Shown: positions 39,935 through 53,277 of the stretch, in pieces
Layout: the number at the start of each line of letters is the position of its first letter
Position numbering within the stretch: the first letter of the stretch is position 1
NCBI RefSeq assembly: GCF_006345805.1
Contig: NC_043020.1
Coordinates: 26,722,001-26,786,000 of the forward strand
DNA length: 64,000 nucleotides
From: Octopus sinensis
Taxonomy: Eukaryota
Reading direction: 5' to 3'
Translations under genes and position numbers: made by a program
The notes under the pieces: model-generated
Seen by the model: the letters and a program-made list of their open reading frames with translations, nothing else
What the model was told of the DNA's origin: nothing
The model's database searches: none

Positions 39935-40645
39935 TTTTAAAGAAGTGGAGTGGTCACTTTAATGATGGAAATTAGAAAAAAGAAAGAAGGAAAGAAATTT
40001 GAGGGTTTGAATAATTGAAAGAAGTGGAGTGGTCACTTTAATGAAAGAAATTTTGGGGTTCGAATAATTCACCTCTGGACTGTAATTTTTAAAGAAGTGG
40101 AGTGGTCACTTTAATGATGGAAATTAGAAAAAAGAAAGAAGGAAAGAAATTTGGGGGTTTGAATAATTGAAAGAAGTGGAGTGGTCACTTTAATGAAAGA
40201 AATTTTGGGGTTCGAATAATTCACCTCTGGACTGTAATTTTTAAAGAAGTGGAGTGGTCACTTTAATGATGGAAATTAGAAAAAAGAAAGAAGGAAAGAA
40301 ATTTGGGGGTTTGAATAATTGAAAGAAGTGGAGTGGTCACTTTAATGAAAGAAATTTTGGGGTTCGAATAATTCACCTCTGGACTGTAATTTTTAAAGAA
40401 GTGGAGTGGTCACTTTAATGATGGAAATTAGAAAAAAGAAAGAAGGAAAGAAATTTGGGGGTTTGAATAATTGACCTCGGGACTAGTTTTTAAAGAAGTG
40501 GAGTGGTCACTTTAATGAAAGAATTTAGAAAAAGGAAAGAATGAAAGAAATTTTGGGGTTTGAATAATTCACCTGTGGATTGTAGTTTTTAAAGAAGTGG
40601 AGTGGTCACTCTAATGATGGAACTTAGAAAAAAAGAAAGAATTTT
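39935..40645. repeat. Higher-order tandem repeat: three 152-bp dimers plus two monomers of about 98 bp
   Basis: Core AGAAGTGGAGTGGTCACT starts at 39941, 40020, 40093, 40172, 40245, 40324, 40397, 40494 and 40593. Confidence 0.92.
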
Positions 40646-41613
40646 TGAGCATCATAGAGAGAAATTCTTTGCAGTTTGAAAAATTCATCTCTGGAAACAT
40701 GAGTGTTTTATTCAACATCCTTAAACAACTCTTATTCAAGGACCTTTTGAGTGGAATGGGCTACTCAACTTGCAGAAAATTCTAACTGGTACCCACTTCC
40801 AAGGTCAGGCACTGTTTGTCATGATATGAGATCACCGTATTGTGGACATATGGTTGTGATACATCAGACAGGTAGTCATGATGGATATATTGGGCTTTGT
40901 AAATTTGTACCCCAGTGTCATATCGATGGCATGCACTGCTCTCTCACTCAATGATGATAATAATAAAATACATGGTTCTTGAAATAGAGGTCTCAAAAAT
41001 GACAACTGTTCCAGTGATCATGAGAGCTTTGGGGATAATGGCACTCTTGAACTCTGGTCTAGTACGGAACTATAAAAAATTCTTCTTATGGGTACAGTTC
41101 ACACCCTAAGGAAGCTGGCTCTAAATTCAGTTGGAAATTTATTGAGATGCACTTAATTTTGTAAAGTGGTTGATATTAGGAAGGGCATCCAGCCATGGAA
41201 ACCATGCAAAAACAGATGTAGGAGCTTCATGCAGTTTCCTTTCAAATCATCCATGGACGAGTAATATTAGATGCTGATGGTTATGATGATACTTATCTGA
41301 CATGGCTATGGGGTTAGAAAAAGTAGTTTTGCACAAATTCTTTAATCTTTTCTCTATAACAACCATTGCATTTTGGTCTTCCATTCCTGGTTGGAAGTTA
41401 CCATTATCAAAACACAGTATCACTCGTGAAATTTGTAAAGCTTAAAGTGTGTCTATGTCTGGTATATATTTTACTGTTCCTTCTTCATCAAATGGTTGAC
41501 TAAGTTCATCTGGGTTACAACTCAATATTGTGTAATTGCTAACACCTTTATTATTGTTATTTGAAAATTAAATTTTTTTTGAGTTTTATCATCTCTGTTT
41601 TCCACTGTTGCAG

Positions 41614-41658
41614 GCTACTGTTTACAGGGGTGGTTACCAGCGGTTTGCACCATACTGA
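41614..41658 (+). CDS. Rbfox: Rbfox terminal coding exon ATVYRGGYQRFAPY* (PY-type nuclear localisation signal)
   Basis: ctgttgcag acceptor and TGA stop at 41656-41658. Near-identical to the canonical Rbfox C-terminus YRGGYxRFAPY. Confidence 0.95.
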   Translation, partial: ATVYRGGYQRFAPY

Positions 41659-41765
41659 GGTCACGTGAGTACGTTGCTATGAAGCGGATGGCAAGAAACT
41701 CTTTTTTCCTGAATCTGACAGCAAGACAGGCTGTCTGATTTTTTTTTATATAAAACAAATAAGTT

Positions 41766-41769
<4 letters not shown>

Positions 41770-41808
<39 letters not shown>

Positions 41809-41918
41809 TATATATACATACACACATATAATACGTATATATATGTGTGTGTAATACATATATGTATGTATATATAAATATATGTATATATATATATATA
41901 TATAATATATATATATAC

Positions 41919-41967
<49 letters not shown>

Positions 41968-42378
41968 CATGTATATACACACACATATATATACCTTACA
42001 CACATGTACATACATATGTATATATATATATATATACACACATATATATATATATAATATATATATATATATATACACGCAAAGCAAAAATGCCACCCTG
42101 AGGATTTTTAAACGTGGTTACAAAATTCACCCCTGATCAGGGTGGTGTTGTCAATCATTGATATCGAAACGATATTGATTGGGACTAATAATAATAATAA
42201 TGATAACAACAACAATCTAACATACATACAAATTTAAAAACAAAAAAAAAATGCGAAAACTATTTTGTTTTTCAAGCAGCAAAGAATTATGGGAAAAGAA
42301 ATTAAATATTGGAAAACGGAAAATACCAAATGTCAGAACGATAATGACTATATATATATATATATATATACATATGTA

Positions 42379-42424
<46 letters not shown>

Positions 42425-42494
42425 TATATATACATACACACATATAATACGTATATATATGTGTGTGTAATACATATATGTATGTATATATAAA

Positions 42495-42540
<46 letters not shown>

Positions 42541-42652
42541 TGTATATATGTATATATATACATATATATATGTATATATATATACATGTATATACACACA
42601 CATATATATACCTTACACACATGTACATACATATGTATATATATATATATAT

Positions 42653-42683
<31 letters not shown>

Positions 42684-43000
42684 CACGCAAAGCAAAAATG
42701 CCACCCTGAGGATTTTTAAACGTGGTTACAAAATTCACCCCTGATCAGGGTGGTGTTGTCAATCATTGATATCGAAACGATATTGATTGGGACTAATAAT
42801 AATAATAATGATAACAACAACAATCTAACATACATACAAATTTAAAAACAAAAAAAAAATGCGAAAACTATTTTGTTTTTCAAGCAGCAAAGAATTATGG
42901 GAAAAGAAATTAAATATTGGAAAACGGAAAATACCAAATGTCAGAACGATAATGACTATATATATATACATATGTATATATATATACATATGTATATATG
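41770..43000. repeat. Tandem duplication of about 608 bp just 3' of the Rbfox stop codon
   Basis: The unique block TGCCACCCTGAGG... occurs at 42091 and 42699. Copies are identical apart from microsatellite lengths. Confidence 0.9.
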
Positions 43001-44709
43001 TGTATATATATATATATATATATGTATAATGATGACTTCTCTGTTTTTGTTATGTTTAAACAAACAAGCAAAAAAGATAATACCAATAAAAAGAAGAGTA
43101 AAAAAGACAGAAAAGGAGAGAAATTGGAAACATTATAAAATTGATATTTAAAGAACTTGAAAAAAATTTTTAAATTTTAAAATGAAAGAAAAAAACATCA
43201 ACAGCAACAGAAAAAAAAAATCTCTTTTCAAAGAATGAAAAAAAAAAATATATATATACATCCACACAGACACAAATACATCAGCAAGTTTGGAAACAAA
43301 AAAAGGAAAAAAAAAAAAGAAAAGAATAACAACACACCCCGCTAAAGAGGAAAAAAAAATCAAAGAAGAAGCAGAAGAAGATGATGATGGTAAATCCTCT
43401 ACACTCTACCAGTATACTTTGGGGAATAAAGAAATCAAAGAAGTAAAAGAGACACATATGCTCGCGCACACATGAATGCATGCAGACACCATGCATATAC
43501 AGACATGCATACAGACTATACATATATATATATGTATATATATATGTATATGTATATATGAAGATGATTATGAAATGGTTTAAAGGAAATGAAGATAAAC
43601 AGTTTTTCATCTTTTGGACAAAGTGGAATTTTTATTATTTTTTTAATCATACTTTTGATTTTAAGTTGTTTAATTTTTTATTTTTAATTATTATTTTTCA
43701 GCTTTTTAAGGAAATTTCTCTCTCTCTCCTTTTCTACACACACACACACGCACACATGTATGTATTAACAAGTGTGTCTCTATATATATGTATACACCTA
43801 CATGTATATGTGGACTGAATGTTTTTGGTTACGAGCGAATGAAAAAAAGGTACTCAATACATAGTTTGTATACCTTATTGGAAGCTGAATCTTTTCAGGG
43901 TGTTTCTCTGAGTTTCACGTTAGCAATCATTTCAATTAAAAAATGGCAGCATGACTGTCATTTCAGAAATTGGCTGTATGAAACTCAGAGTAATTATTCA
44001 AAAAGCTTCAGCTTCTAATATATAATATATATGTATATGTGTGTGTTTTATATACACATGCAATAGTTATTCTATTCACAAAGAACTCTTTTAATACCCT
44101 ATAGACAATGGCTATTCCTACAACATGACAATGGTAACAACACCGCCACCATCAGCAGCATTATCCAGACTAAATCACCCGCAACCACTAATACCACCAC
44201 TGCCACAACCACTCATTATAGATTATAATACTACTTCTACTACAAATACTGCTACCACTCCTCTTTTTCAACTGCCACTCTAAATCATTGCTTTTTGTTA
44301 TGGTGCAGTGTTTAAGAAGTCTAGGACAGGGGCAGCTATGGGTAAAAGGTAGAGCAGAACTGAGCAAAGCGGGAGAAGAAATAAGAACATTCACTAAGAA
44401 ATTAAAACCAAAAATAATAATACTTCTACTATGGCTTATCTGTCTTATTTTTAAGATTTCAAGAAATAGAATGCTCAAAATTAAAATACATTTTCACAGA
44501 GGCAGAAAGACTGATGTAGAAAAGTTTAGAAAAATAAAAATACAGAGTAGTAAGATTAAAGACTGAAGATTAAAGAAATTTCTTTGTGAAGACAAATATT
44601 TATGAGATTAATATTAATATTTAAAATGAAAATAAAATTAGTTGCTGGTTGTAAGAATAAAAGAACAAAACTTATAATACATAGAAACACACACAAAGAT
44701 ATATGTATT

Positions 44710-44751
<42 letters not shown>

Positions 44752-45380
44752 CACACATGCATATGTATTGATATACACACATATACACTCTGAAGAAAGT
44801 ATTTACACTAACAGAAGATGTAGTCTCTATGATGATAAAATCTTCAGATTGACTGGGTATTGATGTCAGAGATATGTGTGTATACATACATACATACATA
44901 TATATGTATTCATGTATGTATATGTGTGTATATGTATACACACACACATACATATATATGAAATGGAGTTGACGGGTTGAAGAGCATTTGGTTATTTAAC
45001 AAAGATTTTTCAGTTGTATATTAATTTTTTTTTACATATTATTATTATTATTATTATTATTATGTTGTGTGTATGTCTTACCATAAAGAGAGAGAGAGAG
45101 AGAGAGTGAAGATGGGGAGAAAAAGAGAGAGAGAGAGGAAATTTATTTCTATTTATTAATTTTGCTCGCATTTTCAGCTTTACTGATTCATATCTAGTCA
45201 AAATTCTACACACATAGCACACACTTGTACCCCCTTATCTCTCACTCTCTTTCCCCCTCTCTCCACACACACACACACACGTATATATATATATATACAC
45301 AGACACATATACATAAGTGTATATAATATATATATATATATATATATTTAAAAAAAGGGAGATGTCGAACACGAGTGGTG

Positions 45381-45593
45381 ATATATAAAAAAGGAAATGA
45401 AGAAAATGCTGACAAATAATTGAAGTAATTTAAGTAATTTAATTAGGTGAAAGTTCTTTTTACCGGTTGCGCATTTGTTATGCTTATCAAAATGATTTTG
45501 ATAAGCATAACAAATGCGCAACCGGTAAAAAGAACTTTCACCTAATTAAATTACTTAAATTACTTCAATTATTTGTCAGCATTTTCTTCATTT

Positions 45594-45607
<14 letters not shown>
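45381..45607. repeat. Perfect palindrome with 113-bp arms and a 1-nt spacer
   Basis: 45381-45493 is the exact reverse complement of 45495-45607, centred on G45494. Confidence 0.95.
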
Positions 45608-45634
<27 letters not shown>

Positions 45635-46618
45635 TACATAAGCACCACTGCTCATACACAAATACATACACAAGTGCAGGTACATGTATAGATGTACTCT
45701 TTCTCTTAATTTTATTTACCATATACATTTTTTAGCCACTTCTTTATTTTCCATATGATGCCACCCCCTCTTTACATGCCACCCCTTGTCTTAATGTGGC
45801 CCACAGCTCTAACCCTCACTAACATCGTCATCATCATTGCCATCATCATCATCGACAACACTAAACAATTTTAATCACTGCTGCCTGATACAACAAGCAT
45901 TGTATTTTCCAATCTGTTTCTGCTACACTATCTCTTAGCAAGTTCCCTTAATTTTTTTGTTTTTTACTCCCTAATGGTCCTATGGATGTACACATGCATA
46001 TATATCATCATGCAGCTATCTGCATACATGTGTGTATGCATGTGCTTGCATATGTTGCAAGGAATACAATTTGAAAGTTGGAAAAGAAATAAAAATGTGT
46101 GCTGATCAAAGATTTGTTTCAATCTGAAACCAGGGTACAAAAAAAAAAAATCATCAGACATTTTTCTTTTTTCAGTCTTTTAAATTTTGTATTGAAATTA
46201 TATCCCTCTTCCATATTTCTGATTAATTAAGAGGATTTGCAAATAAAATCGTTAATTATTAATTTATATAATTTTACTCTGTGTGTGTGAGTGTATGCAT
46301 ATATCTGTGAATGGCAGGAAAAGGTGGAGAACCGGGGAAGACAAAAGGAATTACCGTTTTTATTTGTCCAAGCTTGGAATCAAATTCTTCTTCCTAATGT
46401 TATATTCACTTACCATATATTTATCTGTCACCTTCTCTTGTACCAGTGCCTCCTGAGCTCCTCTCTTCTCTCTTGCCCACTTTTTCTCTTTTTCTCTTTT
46501 TGCCCATCCCCTCAAATTTCATCCTTTCATGTTTCTTCTCCACCTTAATCGGTTGGTGCCATATTCTTTGAATATGTACTTTAGTGGGAATAAGTCTGGT
46601 GAATGGTTCCATTCTATT

Positions 46619-46835
46619 AAGGCGGCAAGCTGGCAGAAACGTTAGCATGCCGGGCGAAATGCTTAGCTGTATTTCATCAGCTGCTACGTTCTGAGTTCAA
46701 ATTCTGCTGAGGTCGACTTTGCCTTTCATCCTTTCGGGGTCGATTAAATAAGTACCAGCTACGCACTGGGGTCGATATAATCGACTTTTCCCCTCCCCAA
46801 AAGTTTCGGGCCTTGTGCCTAGAGTAGAAAAGAAT
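46619..46835 (+). mobile_element. Young Deu/Nin-like SINE with target site duplication
   Basis: aaggcggcaagctggcagaaacgttagc...gcctttcatcctttcggggtcga..., flanked on both sides by gaatggttccattctat. Confidence 0.85.
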
Positions 46836-48824
46836 GGTTCCATTCTATCATCAGTGTACATCAAGTACTCATGCAACCATTTGCATATGCAGATATGCAA
46901 GTGCATCGGCATAAGAGTGCATATGTCTTCACGCTTTTACAATTTCAAATCAATTTAACTGCCAAAGTATATATAAGCATGAAGATGCATACAAAATAAT
47001 AATAATAATAATATGAAAAATAGTAATCTAGTTCTTAAGTCTTTCACCAGTGTCTATCTGTCTGTTTGTCTCTCTGTTGAGTATGAAATTCTTCAATGGA
47101 AGTAACTGGAATCTGGTAAATGTTTCATCTTTTTCTTTAGTAAACGAAGAAATTCTCATTCCAAACGTCCATAATGGACTTGTTTCATATAAACTCATCA
47201 ACTAACTTCTATCTCTGCAGATGGTAGAATCTTACCTTAAATAAATCAAAGTCCAGTTCACATCACAACTAATGAATCTAATGAAAAGAGATTACCACTG
47301 GAACTCATTTGTTACCAGGTGTTTCACGTGTTCTTTTATTTTTCCTATCACTCTTTTTATACTCCCAAAGCGTAGTTTTTCTAATGCTAATTAGATATGC
47401 AGATATGCATATTTTAGGCAGATTTAATTAGTGTTTATGCTTTACGGTGTCTTGCTTAAATTATTGCAGTTCATTTACTGATAAACCAATCAGAACATGC
47501 CACTTAATTCTCTAACAGGTCTTTTATTTTTGTTCAGCTAAGAAGAGAGAAATAAAGATGCTATGTTAGTTTGTGTATGTGGTTAGATTGCATGTGTGTA
47601 TGTGTGTGTGTTTGTATGTTCAGTTGAGAACAAATTATGCACAGGTTGTAGTAATTTAAAAAAATACAAGATAAAAAGATAAGTGGAACAAAAGCATGTG
47701 TGAGCATTTCATCAAAGAATGACAGTATTAAAATATATAAAGTAACTTTTGAAAAGAGAATCTAGTCAATTATGCTTCTTACATAATCATAATTCAGTCT
47801 ACATGTGTGTGTTTCTAGCAAAATCTATCTGACCCCTACAAGCATGGAAAAGTGGAAATTAGATGAGGATCATCTGTGTGTGTTTCAGAAGTGCTGAAAT
47901 CATGGCATATGTACAGTAAACAGCTTTTACAGGATGTATGTAAATTGAGAGACAAAATAAATCCCAACTGTTTTGGAGAAGGGGTTTGTATATTTGTGAA
48001 GAAGGTATTTTTCAGAGAAATCTGCAATATTTGAATTCAGTTTGATTGAATTGTTTCTCTTAGTCTAAGAACAGCTAACACACCTGTGTGTGTGTTCACA
48101 AGGCTCATATCATGAACTCAGTAGGGTTCATTATAACTAATCGCAATGGTATAACTCACTGAAAGGGCTCAAATAATTTGAGGCTATGACCTGAGACTAG
48201 TGGAGAAATTAAATGGAAAGAATAAATATTCTGTTACATTATGTTAAAGAACGGTCTTAGTTTCTGTATTGTTACAGTATACATATATTGCAGCTTGAAG
48301 TTTCACATCTGGAGTCTTCCAGACAATCAACAAGTGTGTGTATGTGGGTTTTTTTTTTTTTAATTAAAACTGAGTTTGTCTCATGACTCAGTTTCATACT
48401 ACTGTGATCCTCAGATGCGACTAACCTAAAGATCACAGTTATGAAACTTGAGTAGCAAGATAAACATTCAACTTCAGTTTTAATTTAAAAAGAAAAAAAA
48501 ATGTATCTTCATATCCTCTACAATTATATATTGAGCACTTCTTTCTCATGGTTTTCAACATAAAACAATGTTTTTATCTGTATATAAACTTGACCAAAGA
48601 ACTTTTATTTGAAATAGGGTTGCAGGTTGAAGACTAAGTTGGGAAATGTGTTTTGGGGTTGAATAAGTTTGTTTTGGGTGTGTGAGTCTGAAAGTCAGTG
48701 AGGTACTTAGATTAAGTGATTTAAGTCACTAATGAATTTGCTTCAAATTAGTCCCTAAATTAACATTTGATGTTTGACTGGCCTCACTTCTGTTCTGTCT
48801 TTTCCCAGCCTTTCATATACATAA

Positions 48825-48858
<34 letters not shown>

Positions 48859-51594
48859 GGCTAAATAGATATACACACAGCCTCTTCTTTCTTTCACTCC
48901 TTCTCCATTATATGTCATATTATATATGTTCTTCCTTGTGAATTACATTCATTACCATCCATTAACACCCCATTACTTGTAGCTATGACCATAACCACAT
49001 TACCCACTAGAAATTAAAAAATATATAAATCTCATGGACCCAAAATTTTGCTGACTTTACACACACACACAAACACATACAGATATATATAAATTGATTG
49101 GATGAAAGAAATGAAATAAAGGAATGTTTATTTCATTTGTTGACAGCTGTTTCATAATCTATGTAACTTACATAAGTTTACAAAACAAGTGTCGACAAAT
49201 GTAATAAATAATTCTTTCACTTTCCTTCATTGATCAATTTTTATAATACTCTCCACCATTGCAATTCTGGGATTTTCAGAATGATGGTGAGGTTATATCC
49301 TAGTCTTAACCATGCTTTTTCATGATAGCCGTGCACTAGGTGGAGTGCTTTACAATGAGCTTTCTTTGATTCTTTGAATCTCTGTTCTTGTTATACATGT
49401 ATATGCAAAGGCGAGCATGTCTTTCTATATAAGTGTGTGCGTGCGTGCATGTGCATTTTCTCTCTCTCTCTCTGTATGTGTGTGTGTGAGTATATTTAGT
49501 GGTGTATGTGTGCGTTCATTTCCTTATTTAAAGCCACCAAGATTCATACATACATCCTAGATAATGTGCTTTCTTGCCAGAATTATTACCATTATTATTA
49601 TCATCATTATTATTAATTAACTTTTTCTCCTTCGTTTGGTGGAAGTTAATTAATCAATAAATTAAAAACAACCTTTGTTTTCTTTTTAAAACTACTTACT
49701 CAATGAAATGAGACACGCAGCACACCATGTATAAATGATAAATAATAATCATCATAATAATAATAATAATAATAGTAACAACAACATACAGAAAGAAATG
49801 CTTACCAAAATCCAGGATCTGATTTACCGTAAAAGACAACAAAAATACAAAATAAAACATTTTGAAATACTCAGACATTATATTTAAAATATATTATTAT
49901 TCCATAAATTTTTTTGTCATTATTATTCAGTCATTTAAAATGTTTTTTCATCATTTTAAATCTATTTTTAATTCTTCCTTGGAATTTCATTTCGTAATTT
50001 CTCATAATTTTTTTTTTTTTCCCATTAAATTCTACCCTTTCATCCCCTTCAGATTGTATGTATGTCTGTCTGTGTGTCTGTATATGATGATTATAATTAT
50101 TTATATTTATCACATTAAAAAAATACATCCTTTCCTCATCTAATTTCTCTTATAAAGAAAAAAAAGTCACACACTCACATTCATATACATGTGCACGCAT
50201 TCTCTCAAATGTGTATACATTCACATACACGTGTACATACATAGAGGTAATGGAAAAAATCTTCCCCTTTCACTCTTTTGGGGTCCTTAAAGTACCTGTC
50301 AGAGTAATGAGATTTATGGTATTGCCTAATTTCAATTAATTTAAAATATAACAAAGAATTTAGTAAAAATTACCCTCAAAAATTATTGGCGTTGTGCCTA
50401 AAATCATTATTATTATTATTACTACTACTACTACTAGTGAAGGTGATGAGGTGGCAGAATCATTAGCACGCTGGGCAAAATGCTTAGTGGTATTTCGTCC
50501 ATCTTTATGTTCTGAGTTCAAATATAACCAACAATAGCGACTTTGACTTTCATACTGTTTTTGGGAGGGGGTCAATCTAACCAACTAGCAGTTTCCCCTC
50601 CACCCCCCACCACAAAACTTCAGGCCCTGTGCTAGTAGTAGAGAGAAAGAATTTATTATTTCCAACAAATTTTAAAGATTTGAATTAAGATTTGTAATTT
50701 TATTTTCATTAGTTTTTTTTAAACCCCCATTTTGCTAGGAATTAAGTTTTTTTTTCTTCTCTTTAAATTGCATTGCAAGCAAAGAGCAGTTATATAAATA
50801 TCTAAAATTTACATTAGGGTGGAAGTACACACTTGTATATACACAAACAGGATATATATATATAATACATGCAAATTAATATTTTTGGAAAAAGGTATTA
50901 CTATCATAACTAAATGATTCACATGATGATGAAGATAATTACTATCATTGTTATTGTGGTAATCATCATCATCGTTTAACGTCCGCTTTCCATGCTAGCA
51001 TAATAATAATAATAATGAAATTTAATGCTTGTTATTGCAGTAATAATCACAGTAATATTATTAATTAGTAATTAACAAACATAATAATAGTGATTTCTTT
51101 ATTTGCCACAAGGGGTTGCATTAGAGAAAGAAACTATAATAACTTTACTGACAATATTTATAAATAATTAATAAAATTAATTAAAGTGATATATAATGAA
51201 ATTAGCTATTTTGAAGAATTTGGGGCCCCAGCTAAGACAGAATAATATATAAGTATGGTGTCACAGAGGGATTAGCTTGAAATAAAATAAGGACCCACCC
51301 ACCCAAAGAAACCTGCTGAAACCAGTGAAATATCTTTTAAACTAAACTGATATGTATGTATATGTGTGAATGTATTTGTGTGCAGGCATTTATGAGATGT
51401 GTAACTTTGGGCTGATTATATCTGGTGAACCCTAATTTATTTTCTAGTCTATTGTAATATTAATTTATCATGTTTTTTTTTTATTTTTATCATTTGCTTT
51501 GAAAATCTCATAACTTCTTCCTGTTGCTGTTCTAGAGATCATTCATATTTCAACATACATTACGTGTGTGTTTATATATATATGCATGTATGTG

Positions 51595-51632
<38 letters not shown>

Positions 51633-52469
51633 GTTCTTTATTTGTGAATTAAGGCTACCGTTGGTTTCATGTAAAGAAAAGTAGAAAAATATTCTAGTGG
51701 CGTAACAATTTTTCAAGCTGATCACATGGAGAAAGTTGTTTGCCTCCATTTTAGAAAACACCTTGAAAAATTGTCAAGGCACCAAGATATCTTCCTACTT
51801 TTCTTAACATAAAACCAATGGTAGCCTTGATTCATAAATAAAGAAATTATATCCACCAATGCAGTGTTGAGCACTCATTTTCATTGTTCGACATTTTTAT
51901 ATATATAATATATATATACATATATGTGTGTGCGTGTGTGTATATATATATATATATACACATGTGTGTGTGCGTTATGTGTATATAAATATGTTTGTGT
52001 GTTAGGATTTACGATTAAGTACTGCGTGCATGTAATAAAGTTTATTCATTTGGTAGAAACTTGTTTTTCTGTCTGTTCGTACTTGGAGTTTACTAATTCC
52101 GTTTTTCACAGAAAACTCCTGAGTAGCAATGGATGAAAGCTTCAGCTTCAAACATATGAATAAGCACGTACATCACACACACTCACACATACACATAATA
52201 TAGGTATCTATATCTGAACAAACATGCACAGATACACACACACACATACGCACGTATGTAATATAGATATGTATAAGTGAGCAAACATACACACACACAC
52301 ATATATATATGTACACACAAACATACACTCCCACTCTATTTTACATTTATTAGGCCAATTATTTTAAATTTAGGATGGAAAGAAATCTATGCTAATGAAG
52401 TGTGATGGAGAAATCACATTTGGTTTTGCTTACAAAAAAAGATCAAAACTTATACCAAATTTATGTCTT

Positions 52470-52531
52470 CACACACACATATATATATATATATATAATA
52501 TATATATATATGCATTTTTACATATGTACTT

Positions 52532-52563
<32 letters not shown>

Positions 52564-53126
52564 GCATTTACATATGTACACATATATATATGCATTTTTA
52601 CATATGTACTTACACACATATATATATATATATATTATATATATATATGCATTTACATATGTACACATATATATATATAATATTTATATATATATATGTA
52701 TGTATATATATATATATATATATATATGCATTTACATATGTACACATATATATATATATATAAATATTTATATATATATATATGTATGTATATATATTAT
52801 ATATATATGCATTTACATATGTACACATATATATATATAAATATTTATATATATATATGTATGTATATATATATATATATTATATATATGCATTTACATA
52901 TGTACACATATATATATATATATAAATATTATATATATATGTATGTATATATTATATATATATATATGCATTTACATATGTACACATATATATATATAAA
53001 TATTTATATATATATATGTATGTATATATATATAAATATTTATATATATATGTATGTATATATATATATATATATATGCATTTACATATGTACACATATA
53101 TATATATATTTATATATATATGTATG

Positions 53127-53157
<31 letters not shown>

Positions 53158-53190
53158 GTATGTATATATATAAATATTTATATATATATG

Positions 53191-53231
<41 letters not shown>

Positions 53232-53236
53232 GTATG

Positions 53237-53275
<39 letters not shown>
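52470..53275. repeat. Compound (TA)n minisatellite with a recurring ATGCATTTACATATGTACAC unit
   Basis: The unit recurs about seven times among variable-length (TA)n. Confidence 0.85.

Positions 53276-53277
<2 letters not shown>

Noticed and set aside
39935-40645. Regularly spaced direct repeats resembling a CRISPR array
   Set aside because: The intervening sequences are themselves repeated, the context is eukaryotic, and there are no cas genes.
41665-41670. GTGAGT as a splice donor just after the stop codon
   Set aside because: No downstream exon could be identified, and the overlap with the alternative-frame ACG-TGA explains the sequence. Not excluded without RNA-seq.
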